Both the position numbers and the translations under genes were made by a program. The notes under the pieces are model-generated. The model worked only from the letters and a program-made list of their open reading frames with translations. It made no database searches and had not been told where the DNA came from. DNA of 64,000 nucleotides from Salpingoeca rosetta (Eukaryota; Protista; Choanoflagellata), in contig JAWQFM010000012.1 in assembly GCA_033442325.1 (NCBI GenBank), positions 1,328,991 through 1,392,990 on the forward strand, written 5' to 3'. Each line of letters starts with the position of its first letter. The stretch's first letter is position 1. Of this stretch, positions 1 to 42,436 are shown in pieces.

Positions 1-7
1 TGCAAGC

Positions 8-1876
8 ATGCACGGAGACATGCAAGGGCGGCTTCTCGGCATGTCCAGACCGCATAACATGCACCAGGCACAGCCCCAGCCCAAGCCCCAACCTCAGCTG
101 GCTGCGTCGATGACCCGCACAAGTCTAGCCCAACGCACGCCTAGCACGCCCGCCTCCGCGTCCTCGCTCACCCCTGCGCCAGTACTGGACACCCCAAGCA
201 GCAAGCGATCTGAAGGCAGCACGGTGAGGGCTGCCGCGTCCACGCCGAGCAGCGTGCATGCAGGTGCTACACACGCTAATATGGCGCGCTCACAGTTACA
301 CGCAGCCGACTTGCGAGACGGCGAGCCCCACCACCATGTACACCGCCAGCAGCGACACGAACAAAAGGACGACCAGCCAGCCGCCCCCATGCGCCCCGTT
401 CCGACGGTTCTTGCGACATCATCCACGCAAGTGCCAGTAGCGCCACCAAACTCGAATGACCTGTGCCCGTCTCCCCAGGAGCGTCCCCACACCGTACGTG
501 ACAGACCGCACCTGTACGCGGGCAGGGATGTCGTCGACGAGCGCGGCGGTGCGTCATCACAGCAGCAGCTCACAGCACGGACCAAACGCCTCGGCCCAAA
601 GCAGCCAAAGAGGGCCAAGGTGTGTGTGTTGCCTCTGCCTTCCAGCAATGTTCCCGTGCCAGAAATCGAGGAGCAGCCTGAAGAGCACATTGTGCGCCTG
701 CGGAAGAAGCGCATGAGAGAAATGCTGCGGAAGCAAAGCTTGGGACGCAGACGCCCTGTGCAGTACCAAACGCTCTCTTTTGGCCTTCTCGTGCCGCAGC
801 CGTCAAATACCACCTCCGGCTCCGCCGTTGTTTTGCACCATGCTTCAGACAAGGACCTGCGCGGGCGCTCCGTTGTGATTGACCAACTCTTTCCGCACTT
901 GCCGCTGTTGGAGTCCTCATCATCATTGGCTGACTTCACCCCCGAGGCATATGCGTTTCGCAACCCGGTGTTCCGCATTCCAAACCTCCGCCGCCTACCG
1001 CCGATCGACGCATCGCCTCAGCCGCCATCGCTGCTCCCACAACAGCAGCCGCCTGTGCCCATCACAGATGCGCGCCAGCACCAAGCTGTGAGCTACAGCA
1101 GCAGCACTGCACATGAAGACAACAGACACGCAGCTGTCGGATTGTTTCCGCCTTCCACTGCTTTTCACAAGCCAGAACACCATCGCCTCGCCCTTCAGCA
1201 CCACACCCTAGTTCTTCCAGAAACCATCCTATACCAACGCTGCAAGCAGCGGTACATACGTGTCTGTCAGTGTGTCTGTGTCTGTGTCTGTGGGATGCGT
1301 GAGCTTGCGCGTCTGTGTCTGTGTGTTTGTGTGTCTGTGTCCGTCTGTCTGTTTGTGTATGTCTGTCTGTGTCTGTCTGTGCGTGCACTTGTGTGTGTGT
1401 GTGTGTTTGTCTACCCATCTGTGCGTGTGTGTGCGTGTGTTTTTTTTTTTTGATGTTTTGCTGGCCTGCCTGCAAGCAAACTTTGCCTGCTGCAACGTGT
1501 CGTGAGCCTTTTGCTTGGTGCTCACTTGTCTTGCTGCGCTTGATTTGTGTGTCTCGCAGGGTGTGGCGTGAATGCGAGCAGTGCCACGTCGCCTTCAGCA
1601 CTGCTGTGCATGACATGGAAGCGTGGGGTGTTGACGCGAGTTTCCACAACTACTGCAGCATGCGTTGCCTTGGTTGCGCCCAACAAGCCAGCCCTACTCC
1701 TCCTGGAACAGAAGCGAGCATCAACCTCGTTTGCCACACGCAAGCCGTGCTACCATCATGCACAAGCGCAGAGACCAATGTGTCTCCATCTGGTGAGCTA
1801 ATGGCGTGCATGTGTGAATGCACATGCTGCTGGCGCTTCCTGTCAAGAGTGCTGCAACATGAACACAAGTCACTCA

Positions 1877-1974
<98 letters not shown>

Positions 1975-3344
1975 GCACGCACGCACGCACGCACGCATGC
2001 CTCACCCACACACACGCATGCCTCACCCACTCTGCTTTGTTCCGTGTTGCGCACGCAGACATGCGGGAGTCGCCTGTGGTGATGGAGCGTGCGTGGGAGC
2101 GCGGGGACGCAGCCATCTTCCAAGACAAGGACCCGTGCGTTGTCTACGGCCAGTTCTTTGATCGCAAGGGCGAGCAGTACGTATACCTTGTGTCCATGGC
2201 CATGCACGTCACGGCGCCCGCTCCTAAGGTAAATGTGGATGAGTGTGAGGTGAGTGAGAGAGAGGGTGTGTGTGCTTATTTGTGTGCATGCGTGTGAGTG
2301 TGAGTGTGCGTGTGTGTGAGTGTGTGTGTGTGTGTGAGTGTGCGAGAGGGCAACATGCACAGTTGGAGCGCTGATGGGCGTTGCGGTTGCGTAGCATGAC
2401 GAACTCGCCCATTGGCTGTGGTTCACTGCTCCTTTGTTGTGGCTGATGCCTCGTTCTTCTTGGCTCCAGGATCCAGAGGCGATTGCCCGCCTGCCCAAAT
2501 CCGCGTTTTCGCTCGATCGTCGCATTCTGAAACCACTGCCAGCACGCCTGCTCACCTGGCGGTCAGTTGACGTCGTGCCTGACACCCGCGATCACCTGTG
2601 GAACGGCAGTGGCTTGTGCCTCCATCACTCGTTCACTGACGTCCCCCTTCCCCCCTCTCTCTCTTCATCACTGTGGCCAACATTCTCACTCGAAACACCT
2701 ACACTCTCACTGCGCTCACGGGCTTTTGCTTTTTCCGAAGGCTGGGTTTCCAATGGGACCTGCCAACGTTCATCACGCAAGAGGTCTTGACGGTGCGTTG
2801 GACATGTTGCCCGCTTTCTTGCTCGCATGCGTGCATGCATGCACGTGTGTGTGTATGTGTGTATGTGTGTGTATGTGTATGTGTGTGTGTATGTGTATGT
2901 GTGTGTGTATGTGTGTGCGTGCGTGTGTGCTGCTACCAATTGCAAGAAGTATTGTGTTGACACGCGTGCCCTTCTCCGTATCTCATGCACATTTGTGAAA
3001 TTGCTGTCCCTCGCTGTTACACCGCCCACCGCAAACACGGCACCAGGCGGCAAAGGCACGCGCTGCACAGCTGGTGCTTGGCGCCAATGACACCACCACC
3101 ACCACCGCTGACAGCAGCACCGACGCCCTCGAACCGCCGTCTCCGCCACCACTGATTGACGAGGCTGACGTGCGCAGGCGCCACCGCCATCGCCTTGCTG
3201 GCCCACGTGCCCCGACATTGCCAACCAGACCCGCAGCTGCACCCAAACAGACACTCACGAAACCGAGCGCGTTTCCGTTCTTTCCCGAAGGCACTCACGC
3301 CCCCGACTTCCTGGTTGGTGTGTACATATGCTTGTGTGTCTGTG

Positions 3345-3425
<81 letters not shown>

Positions 3426-4383
3426 CTGCAATCAATGATTCCCTTCTTTTCTTTGTTGCATTCACTGTCGTCTCACGCTTGCTCTTGCTTTGCTCCCATG
3501 TATGTGTGCTTGCAGGCCGAACAGTTGTGGAATTTTGTCATGTCCGAGGAGTGCAAGACGCCAAACTTTGCGGAAAAGCTGGTGTGTGTGTGTGTGTGTG
3601 TGCATACATGCGCCATCCAGTGGTTGCAACTATGTGAAGGTGTGCATGTGTGCATGTGTGTGAAGCGAGGAAGCGGGTATGAACACGCTCACTACTCGGG
3701 CCCTCATCGCCATACATGGTCGTTGATGCTGTCTGCGTGTGCTGTGTCCTCCCAGAACATGGAACTTCGCGGTGTGCAGGACATGACGGCCTTTGAGAAG
3801 TACTTCCAGCGGTACACCGGTGCAGCACAGACTTTCTTTGGCAGCCAGAGGTCAGTGTGACACTACTGCAGAGCTTGCACACGCTCATCCTGTGGCTCTT
3901 GCCGTTCCACGCACCACTCTTAAAGACCCACAACACCCCTGGTGCTACTTCTGCTCCTGCTTGCTTGTTCGTTCTCTTGCGTGGGAATTTGTTGACGTGA
4001 GATTATGTGCTGCTTGCTGCGCTGGTTTCATGTCATGACTGTAGGAACTGGCGAGAGCACCTGCACATGATCTGGGAGGCGCTGCCGGCTGCCTGCAGGG
4101 AACGCTATGCCTTTCCCACTGAGTTTGAGACCCCGAAAGCAGCAACGAAACCTGGGACGAGGATGGAGCAATGGGAGGCCTGCCCCAAACACCTTCACCA
4201 CACACGTATGTGACGGGGCGCGATACAGAGGCTGCTGTGTCGGTCTCCCTCGGAGTGAAGAAGCAGTGTGTGTGTGTGTGCGTGTGTGTGTGTGTGTGTG
4301 TCTGTGTGTATATGCATGTGAGTATGTGCATGTGTGTATGTTTGCCTGCCTGCCTGCCTGCCTGTGTGTGTGTGTGTGTGTGG

Positions 4384-4435
<52 letters not shown>

Positions 4436-5274
4436 AAGTGTGTGGAAGTGTGTGGAAGTGTGTGGTAGTGTCTGTCTGTTTGCCTGCCTGTCTGTCTATC
4501 TGTGTGAGTCAGTTTACCTGCCTGCCCATCTGCACCATCTCTTGAGGTCCCTCACCTGTGAGCTTGCCTGCATGCACTGTAGATGATGATGCAAGTGTGA
4601 CGCTGGCAATGCTGATGCGGCATCCACGAAAGCCCCGCAATGTGCCTGTCCGCGTGTGGGCCCAGCGCTTGCGGGAGCAGCAGCAGGAACTACGGCTACA
4701 ACGCCGCGAGTTGCGGTTGCAACAGCAGCAGCAACAACAACGACAACAGTTACAACAACAGCAACAACAGCAACAACAACAACAACGACAACAGCAACAG
4801 TTACAACAACAGTTGCAGCAACATCAGGGCAATGCATCTGGTGTGCCGTCTGTCATGTTGCGCAACCCAAGCAATGTGCTAGCGGTGGGCGTGGATGGCC
4901 AGTCGATGCCTGCACGCCTTTATGACACCACGCGGCTGATGCAGGAGTCGCGGAAGGCGATGAGGCAGCCACACAGCAGTGCACGACCCGGTACCTCTGA
5001 AGTGAAGTCGTCCTCGCCTGCGCCAGTCATGGCGTTCGTGGCGAAGAAGAGCAGGAAGAACAGGACGAGAAAGAACAACAAGGCAGCAGCAACCACGACA
5101 GCAAAACCGGCCAAGATGACCAGGATGACCAAGATGCAAGTGCACACCGGCGACACTGCTGTACTCGACTACCATCACCACCGCCCTCGCGACCCTTCTG
5201 CACGTGGTCATGCAGTGGACCGCCACGCTGGCTCTGTCGAGGCAACAGCGGTGCCGCAGCCTGCTGTGGAGTGA
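8..5274 (+). CDS. Multi-exon uncharacterised protein (low-complexity N-terminus, possible FCS/TRASH-like Zn motif, polyQ C-terminal exon); true start may lie upstream of the window
   Basis: Long ORF 8-~1250, then short GT-AG-bounded exons between GT/CA microsatellite introns (e.g. VWRECEQC...YCSMRC ~1560-1790, [22 protein letters not shown] ~3516-3580, [20 protein letters not shown] ~3756-3850). Final exon ~4583-5274 ends in TGA. No family recognised. Confidence 0.5.
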
Positions 5275-5565
5275 CAACAGGGCTAGGTGGAGGTGGTGAG
5301 AGGAGCTCTTGGGAGGCAGGGGTGGAGTCGTGGAGTGGACGAGTGGCTTGGAGTGCTGGCTGGGGTGGTGCTCTGGTGCTGGAGTGGGGACGGGAAGACA
5401 GTAAGACAGGAGGACGCTCAGGAGGTGTGCTGAGGAAGGAAGGAAGTCTCGCCTCGATTAAAATTGCATGGAATCGCCCTGCCATTGCGCACTTTTTTGT
5501 TGCCACTGCACACAAGCAGGCAATACGAAGCAACCCAGCCAAAGCAAGACGCTACCTCAAGGATA

Positions 5566-6478
5566 ATGTGGTGGAGGCGAGCAGCTGCCCTTGCGATGCA
5601 GGGAGGTGCAGGCGGCCGTCATCAGGGCCTCGTGCACAGGGGTGGTTCGCAGAGGGTGGCGAGCGTTGTTTGGACGCGCACGCTGTTCTCGCGGCCGGCC
5701 GCTTGCCCAGCTCCCCTTCGCACACAAGCAGGATACGCTGCGGCCTCAGGAGTTTTGCACGTGGAAGGATGGCCCTCACGCATGGCCAGGTGCTTGCACA
5801 TCACAAGCCTTGCTCAACGAGCCCTCCAAAACAGGAGCACCGCGAAACACCACGTGGTTTTACGGCGATGGCTTCAGCAGCGTGTCCTCCACCAACAAGG
5901 GCAATCACAACCATCCCACACGTCGAGATGGTCAAAATGGCAGCAAGGAACTCGGCAACGGCTCAGCACAACTCGACAGCAGAGGCAGCACGGCACCGAC
6001 AAGCACGGCACACATCCATCATCCTCAGGTGCCTCGTCACCGTCGTCCTCAGCGGCACCAGGCGAAGCAGCAGGCGGCCAGACCGTCACCCAAGCAGCTT
6101 CCGCACGCGTGACGGAGGCCGCAAGGCACACGTACATGCGGTACCGCAGCCTGGAGGAGCAGTTGCGATGGCATGGCATCAACATGCTCGCGGTGCTGAT
6201 AGCCATTGTGATTGGCAGCGCCATTGTTGCTGTTGTGCTGTACTTCAACCGTGAGCCGCTGCGAGAGAACCTGTCCTCGGAGATCTCCAGCGCAGCGAAG
6301 CGCTCGCTCTCCAACGAAGAGGTTGTGGCGAAAGCCAACGAAGTGACGCGTGACATGGTGTACACGGTCCTCACGGACCCTCAGACGGTTCAGTACGCCA
6401 GCCAGTTCCTCTCGGAGCTCTTTGCTAAACCCGAGACGCGGGCTGCCACAGCCAAGCTCCTCGTTCAGGTTCGCCTAT

Positions 6479-6517
<39 letters not shown>

Positions 6518-6522
6518 GTGTG

Positions 6523-6600
<78 letters not shown>

Positions 6601-7601
6601 TCTCTCTCTCTCTGGCTGTATCCATTGTCCCGCGTTTTCGTATCTAGTTGCATTCTAACTCAACCTCATCCCCTCTCCCTGCCCCCAACCCCCCTGCTCA
6701 CTGTCTGCATCTGCTTGTCTCCCTTTCTCCCACTCTTTCCGTGACACGTGCGTGTTTGTGCGTGCTGCTGCTGCTGCTGCTGCTGCTGCAGGTGATGAAG
6801 GACGAGGAGTGCCTGGGGCAAACGCAGCTGTTTTTCCGCCGCGTGGTGGACTGGCTCTCCAAGGACAAGCAAACGCAGGAGAGCCTGACGAAGCTGATTT
6901 TGTACATCCTGGCCCGTGACGACACGCGCCGCGCTGTTGCCCGCATGCTGCAGAGCGTGCTGCAGGATTCTGCCACGCGCAAGCAGGCCGGCGAGCTTAC
7001 CGTGTCCGTGCTGCAGATGGACAACGTGAAGCACCAAACTGGGGTGCTGGCCACAGATGCCTCGCACCGTGTGCTGGACAACGACAGCGTGCGCGAGCAC
7101 ACGGTGCAGTTCTTCAAGGACACCTTTGCCAACCAGAGCCTGCAGCAGGAGGCTGGCTCGGCCATCTGGGGTGCTGTCAAGTACAGCATGACTCCCTCCA
7201 TCCTCGGCTATGTGCTCTTCCCGCAGCCAAAGGTGTCCCTGCCAGCGGACGAGCAGCCATCTCCAGTAGCATCCACCGCAGCCACCGCAGGCGACCAAGG
7301 GCCGACTGATGCAACAACGACAACGACAGGAACAGCAGCAGCAGCAGGAGGAGTAGCAGGAGCACAATCCACGGAACATGCAGCGACACCAGCCCCTGAC
7401 CGTGCTGGCACAACAGCGCCCGGGGCAGCTACACAAGCGCAGCAGCCTGATGATCAAGATGTTGTGATTGTGCAAGAGACACCACCCAAGGCAACCACAG
7501 CAACAACAGCAACAACAACACCTACAGCACCCTTGCCCCCTCCACCCATCACAGCACCTCCGCCAACACCACAGCCTTCTGCGGCAGCCGTGAGCGAGTG
7601 A
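5566..7601 (+). CDS. Two-exon single-pass membrane protein with helical C-terminal domain, possibly mitochondrial
   Basis: ATG 5566; exon 1 ends 6468 (CAG|GT); exon 2 6792-7601 (CAG|GTGATG) is in frame. Arg-rich, acid-poor N-terminus, TM segment INMLAVLIAIVIGSAIVAVVLYF, then amphipathic helical repeats and an Ala/Thr/Pro tail. Confidence 0.7.
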
Positions 7602-7772
7602 ACAATTTGTGGTGTCAGGGACAGTTTTTGAGAGTTGTTGGGCGGCGGCGGACACACCACGCGAACCACGACCACGACGCTCACGACCCTGTGCCATGTC
7701 CATGCGCACCATCGTTGACGGGCTGTGCGCCCGATGCTGTGAGTTTGGTTGACAAACAAGGGGAAGGAGAGG

Positions 7773-7863
<91 letters not shown>

Positions 7864-8084
7864 GAGGGAGGGGTTTAACGTAAGGGCGTTACCCGTGTTA
7901 CAATTTAACCTTGCTTGCTTGCTTGGGATGGCATTGTGCGTGTCAACAAAACACAGCAGTCGAGTTGCCTTGCTTGCTTTGCTTGCTTGCTTGCCTGTGG
8001 ATGTTGTGCCGCATCGCGTCACGCTTGATGAACAACAACAACACATGTGAATGAGCGAACGAATGGGGTAATACGCTGGGGTAG

Positions 8085-13246
<5,162 letters not shown>

Positions 13247-13630
13247 CCCGAGCGAGCACCGTTGCATGATGTTGCGTCCTGAGTTCTTCGACTGTATTGC
13301 GCCGTGTGTTCCTTGTATCCCTGTGTTGCTGTTTCTACTGCTGCAAAGCGAGTTGTCGGCCTGCTGCCTAGTTCTCTTCTTGGTGTGATTGATTGATACA
13401 CATGAACGCAGCAACAACAACCGGCTTGAGCAAAGAGTATGACAGTTGGCAACTTGTGTCGCTCTGGCCTTTTGTTCCTACTTGGACTTGCCTTGGAATA
13501 AGGCGGGTGCTGAGAAAGGAGAGGCCCGAAGAGCGCGCACACACACACACTCATTCCACACATACACGCACACAAACTAGCACGCACACACACAAACACA
13601 CACACACACACGCACACAGGCACAAACTCC

Positions 13631-15170
13631 CTAACCACCGAGCCGCCGTCGTATGTCGTCAACTGTTCGCTGGACAAAGACCGCGTCTGGCCATCGGATG
13701 TAGTCGCTGGTGTTGCATGCACGCACGACGAGACAAGGGATTGGCGGGAGATTGTCGAGGCTGTCGAACCTACACTCATCCAGAACAAGCCGCTGCACGC
13801 CCCGGAAACGAGAAAAGTCGCGGATCGTGCAGTCGATAAGCTCGCAGCTAGCAACGTCCCGCACGCGCGTCAAGTAGAGAAGCCGCTTCTGCTCCTGCCT
13901 CTTCTTCTCCTCGTCTGTCCTCGTTACGCATTCATCCCCTGTCCCGGCCGTCATGTCCACCCCCACGCACGCTGCGATGGCAGCGAATGAACCGATTGAT
14001 GCAACGGCAACGGATCCACGACAGCGGCGGAGCGCAAGGTGGTCGCAATTGCTGATTTCCCCGTCAATAGCCAGGTGCTCGAGGCAGGTCGCGCCCCCTT
14101 TTCTCTCCGAGAGCAGGTGGCAGTCATGCATGCACGGCACGGGTCCTCTCACCCCGGCTTGTCCAATCACGTGCAGACGTGGCACGGAGGCCACAGCGCT
14201 GGCGGACATGTCACCCCGCATGCGTGCCCTCAGCTCCCGCACACACGGTGGCACCATTCCCTCAACGTGGACATCCTCCAAGCACACGTACACGGAGCGT
14301 GGGATGGCTGCCACGTGCTGCATGCTCGACACAGTGTTGCCAGCAAGCACGAGCATGGCGACGCGACGGCCAAGGGAGGAGAGCTGGTCCCGCGTGAGCG
14401 CGTGGCGCAGGTTGAGCCGCACCTCTGCGGCGTGCTCAAAGTCTGGGATGGCAGGGGGGCTGCCCATGACTTCGTCGATCACCAGGCGCTGTAGTCGAGC
14501 AGGACACGTGAACTGCTTCACACCGGAGCGAGCCAGCAGCTCAATGTACGTGGTATTTGGCAGGTGCAGCTGGTCTGGAACGCTCTGCATGTGGTCGAGG
14601 CGAACGCGCCTCGCTTGGATGGTGATGTCGGCTAACAAGGACAGGAAAGCGAGCTTCACGCCGTCCGTTGCAGCCTCGATCATGGCATTGACAGAGCTGT
14701 TGATGGGGTCAGGAGGAGAAGCTGTCAAGCTGTTGCTTAACAGTGACACGTCCACACATGGGATGCCCACGAGGGAGCTGACGTCACACGTGCTCGCAAT
14801 GCGATGCAACTCGAAGCTTTGTACACTCTGCCAGTCACTGGTGACGGTACGGGGCTTCACTCTTGACACCAGCTGCATGTGGCGCACGTTACGAAGCGAC
14901 AGCTTGTTGATCACTGTGTCGTCAGTGGCGTTGATATTCAGCCTGTCGATATTCAATGCCACGAGCGACACCACATGCCGCTCTCGCAAGGGTGGTCCGT
15001 ATTGCTGAAACTGCAACACCACCTTGCCACCGCGCACCCCAGCCAGGAGCGTCGTACGCACTCGATCAAAGCGATCTGCACCACGCTGACCCTTTATATC
15101 CGCATGCATTGTGAAAAGTGCCGGACGACAGGGTTGCTGCTGGTGGTGCTGGTGCTGGTGGTGCTGGTGC

Positions 15171-15231
<61 letters not shown>

Positions 15232-15937
15232 GCTGCTGTTGTTGTTGTTCGAGAGGGTCGTGCGTTGCCGCGACCGACCTTGCCGTGTCTGCATCGACCT
15301 CTGGACGAGGCGCGACGCAATCCTTGGTGTCTTTGCCGAGCCATCCATGCGCGTCGTCGCCCGGTTGTTCTAGTTCTAGGGTGCGGGCAGCCCATTCCTC
15401 CACCTTGTCCAGGCCATCAAAGTACAAGCGGCCGCAGCGAGCAAACTTGTGCCAGAAGTGTGATGTGGTTGGAGGCGAAGCCATCTTTTTCAGGAGAAAA
15501 GGGCACTCGCTGTCCCAAGTCACACCGAGCCAGCAGTATGCCAGGAAGCGCCCCTCCAGCCACGTCGACTGCGCGGAGCCATCAGCAGCGTCAGCATCGC
15601 CGCGCGAGCAAGGCAAGGGCAGGGAGGGCACTCCTCCTTTGCGGAATGTGTCGAGCCAGTGCCACGTCCCTGCACTTGCTTGGACTTCAAGCATGTCGAC
15701 GAGGCACCACTTTGGCACGGCCCACGGCAAGTCGTGGTACAGCTGTCGACACGTCAGCATCAGGTTGAAGAAGGCGCGGGTGTTGCCACGCCGGCTCAAG
15801 TTTGGGAGCACCATATGCATCGAGTAAGGCACATCCCTCAGATCATAGTCGAAAGTGGCGGCGGAGGTGGGGGAGAAGGACGACACCAAGTACTGCGCAA
15901 CCTGCGTCCAGCAGGACAGGGACGTGGTGGATTCCAT
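13631..15937 (-). CDS. Intronless ~768-aa protein with polyQ and degenerate leucine-rich repeats, possible N-terminal F-box-like helix
   Basis: Uninterrupted ORF from ATG 15937 (MESTTSLSCW) to TAG 13631. LxxLxL-type repeats (LQRLVIDE, VQRLVLDEC, LEHLAIDG); FFNLMLTCRQLY resembles an F-box end; CAA-encoded polyQ. Confidence 0.65.
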
Positions 15938-16323
15938 GACCTGGTGTCTTCGTGTGGCACGTGGAGAAATGGGCGTTGGTTGGGGCGGGGTGGTGAGCTG
16001 CTTGGTGAGTGATTGTGAGGGAGGAGGAGGAAGGGAGGAAGGGGGGGGAAGGAGGGAAGGTGACGGCAGGGCGGTGACGATGGCACACAGACACAGACGC
16101 AGTGATACGGAGACACNNNNNNNNNNNNNNNNNNNNNNNNNNNNNNNNNNNNNNNNNNNNNNNNNNNNNNNNNNNNNNNNNNNNNNNNNNNNNNNNNNNN
16201 NNNNNNNNNNNNNNNNCACACACACACACACACACACGCACACACACAAACGCACACACATTCACTTCTGCTTGCTGACTACTTTTGATGAGTGCAATTT
16301 CCACACTTTCTTTCATCAACGTT

Positions 16324-16411
16324 CTCACCGTAGCTCAGTTGGCAGAGCGTGGGATTGTAGACGGTTAATTCAGGATTCCTACGGTCACTGGTTCGATTCC
16401 AGTCGGTGAGA
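16324..16411 (+). tRNA. trnY-GTA: tRNA-Tyr(GTA) with ~15-nt intron (16361-16375)
   Basis: Acceptor stem CTCACCG/CGGTGAG with discriminator A, D arm GCTC-AGTTGGCA-GAGC, anticodon stem TGGGA/TCCTA with GTA at 16357-16359, T arm ACTGG-TTCGATT-CCAGT. Intron lies after position 37, as is typical for eukaryotic tRNA-Tyr. Confidence 0.93.
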
Positions 16412-16429
16412 TTAATTTTTTCTCCTTTT
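16412..16429 (+). terminator. RNA polymerase III oligo-T terminator
   Basis: T-runs (TTAATTTTTTCTCCTTTT) immediately 3' of the tRNA. Confidence 0.65.
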
Positions 16430-16700
16430 GACGCCTGTTGTGCTTGTGTTGTCGTCGCGAGTGCAATGCGAGTTGCTTCCACCACCACACACCCCGAACA
16501 CACATATACGCGCAGGTGCTGCAAGTTCACATCAACCACATGCTGCTTCTCCTTTCATTGCGTTCTGTTTTTGTACTTCTTGCTGACCAGAGGGACAAAA
16601 GAACGCAACTGAAACGAACACAACCAGCCGCAACCCTCGGTCGCGTGCTGTTTCCAGGTTTCCATCTAATCTACTACAACCACAAAATCACGCGCATGGG

Positions 16701-19212
<2,512 letters not shown>

Positions 19213-19399
19213 CTTGCTTCTTGCTTCTTGCTTGCTCGTTCAGCAGCTTCCACAACCTGCCGAAAATTATGTGAAATCTTCTTGCATTGTTCCGTAACCG
19301 CTGCCAGCGAAACGAAAAGTACAACAACAAGCAAACAGCTCCTCGCTTGTCTCCTTCATCATCGAGTGGTCTGCCATCCGCTCCGACACACGCCCGAGG

Positions 19400-20974
19400 A
19401 TGAGGACTTCGACCACGGGGCTTGATGCTGTGCGACGGTGGCGCCGATATGTGGTGATGCGGCGAACACGGAGGCAGTTTGAGGACCTGGTGCTGGCAAT
19501 TGAGGGCAGCGCGGCACAGGTGCAATGGCCACCAAACTCGCTCCACCCCGTGGTCTCGTCGCCGCACGCCCCATGGTTGTGCACGCCACAACAACAACAA
19601 CGACAACAACAACAGCAACGACAACAACGAGGACAATCGAAGGAAAGCGAGGAGGAACACCGGGAGGAGTGTGGGAAGGGGCAGAAGGATCAAGAGGATC
19701 AGGAGGATCAAGAACGTAGAAGGAGTGATAGCGCACTGCAGGTTGGACGCACCCATGAGCAGGAGCATACAAGGGAGCAAAGGGAAGACACGCACGTTGC
19801 ACAACAACAACAACAACAACAGCAACAGCAACACGTGGCGCGGGGCACATGTACATCCCCGACTCTGTGGCTGTTTCCAGATGTGCATCCACGCCACGAT
19901 GATGAGGTGCAGAGCGAGGTGCGGGTTTCCGTTGGTGCTGGCGGTGGTGATGAGGAAGAAGCTGGCCACATTTGTGACCACCCCCAGCTTCCACTGCTGC
20001 AACAACGACGACAACAACAACACCAACAAAGGCGACAGCATCGCCTGCGTGAAGAGGTCGTGCCCGAAATTGCGACCGTTGGTGCCAGGCGAGACACGGG
20101 CCGTGACATGGCACCAAAGACAGCCTCCACGCACACAACAGTCCCTGGGTTGCACGATCACCACCACCACCAGCAGCACCACCAGCAGCACCAGCAGCAC
20201 CACCAGCAGCAGAAGTGGGTTGATGATGACGATGACGTGGATGATCCTGATTTGTCGATGGCACTGTCTGATTTGTCGCTGCTGTCTGTATCGACCATTT
20301 CGACGCCCGACCCTTCGGAGGAGGTACACAGCTCGCCTGCCCACACGGATTCCACGCGAGACACGCTGCACACGCCATCACCGCCGGCCTCATCGCTGCA
20401 CTCACCAGCGCACGTGCTCGGCCACAGTCGAGAGCACGAAGCAAAGCATACTGTGCACCCTGCTGCTGTTGCATTCGGCAGTGGTGGCGGCGGCGGTGCA
20501 ACAGCTGGCATTGATCGCCACCCGCATGCACCCACGCACAGCAGCCATACTCATCATGTGCGCGGTGTGCGAGATGCTGGCGCCAAGGCACGTGGCCCAA
20601 ATCACCAAGATGATGAAGAAGATGATGATGATGTTGATGATCACAACAAACGCGCGCAGCACCAGCACAATACGCGCACGCAGCTTCAGCACAGTACTCA
20701 CACGCAGCATGAGCACAATACACGCACGCAGCACCAGCACAATACGCGCACGCAGCACCAACCACACCAGCACTGCGAGTCAAGCAGAACACGCGAGCAG
20801 TGGGTGCCCGTGCCCTCAGCAAACGCCAATGCCACCACCGCCACCACCACAACAACGACGACAACGTTCTCTGTGTCGCGGCTGCTCAAGCTGCGGCAGC
20901 ACATCATGATGGAGCTGGACTGGACGCGCCAGTGCCTCGCCTCACGACTGCAGATGCAGCGGCTGCTGCCGTGA
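19400..20974 (+). CDS. IQCC-like (IQ motif-containing C) protein, intronless
   Basis: 524-aa ORF. N-terminal IQ-like RRWRRYVVMRRTRRQFEDLVLAIEG and C-terminal LRQHIMMELDWTRQCLASR recall the two conserved blocks of IQCC, with a low-complexity Q/H middle. Confidence 0.55.
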   Translation: MRTSTTGLDAVRRWRRYVVMRRTRRQFEDLVLAIEGSAAQVQWPPNSLHPVVSSPHAPWLCTPQQQQRQQQQQRQQRGQSKESEEEHREECGKGQKDQEDQEDQERRRSDSALQVGRTHEQEHTREQREDTHVAQQQQQQQQQQHVARGTCTSPTLWLFPDVHPRHDDEVQSEVRVSVGAGGGDEEEAGHICDHPQLPLLQQRRQQQHQQRRQHRLREEVVPEIATVGARRDTGRDMAPKTASTHTTVPGLHDHHHHQQHHQQHQQHHQQQKWVDDDDDVDDPDLSMALSDLSLLSVSTISTPDPSEEVHSSPAHTDSTRDTLHTPSPPASSLHSPAHVLGHSREHEAKHTVHPAAVAFGSGGGGGATAGIDRHPHAPTHSSHTHHVRGVRDAGAKARGPNHQDDEEDDDDVDDHNKRAQHQHNTRTQLQHSTHTQHEHNTRTQHQHNTRTQHQPHQHCESSRTREQWVPVPSANANATTATTTTTTTTFSVSRLLKLRQHIMMELDWTRQCLASRLQMQRLLP

Positions 20975-21425
20975 CAGTCGTTGCTTGTTCGCCCACTCCT
21001 CTTCGCTTGCTGCCACTGATGAGTCTGGAGATTTATCATAGAAGATATAAACGGAAACCGTCCACAATTTCATTGACATTAAATTTTTTGCCTTGCTGGT
21101 CCTTACGCACAAGCAAACGGTAGGCCCGCACACACACCTTCCCTCACACCAACGATCAGCTCTACAGGCGGGCATTGTATTTTCGAGACAGTGGTCAACT
21201 GCGGGCAACCAAGCTGGTGGGCGTTGGCAAAGAAAGTGCACCAAGCAAGTGAGCGAGCAAACAAGCAAGCAGGTAATGCTGTGTTGTGAGCACGCTTGAA
21301 CCTGTGTGGCTTGCTGTCCTTTTTGATCCACGTTTTGGTGTTGGTGGCAGCCTGTCCTGGCTGGCTGGAAAGGGAGCACGGGTGGCATCCAAGTGGCATC
21401 CAAGTCAAAGTCAAGCAGCATCCAG

Positions 21426-21464
<39 letters not shown>

Positions 21465-21524
21465 CCCCTTCTCGATCCTTGATCACGTCCGTTGTGGTTT
21501 GTCAGCAACTATCAAGTTGGAGCG

Positions 21525-42436
<20,912 letters not shown>

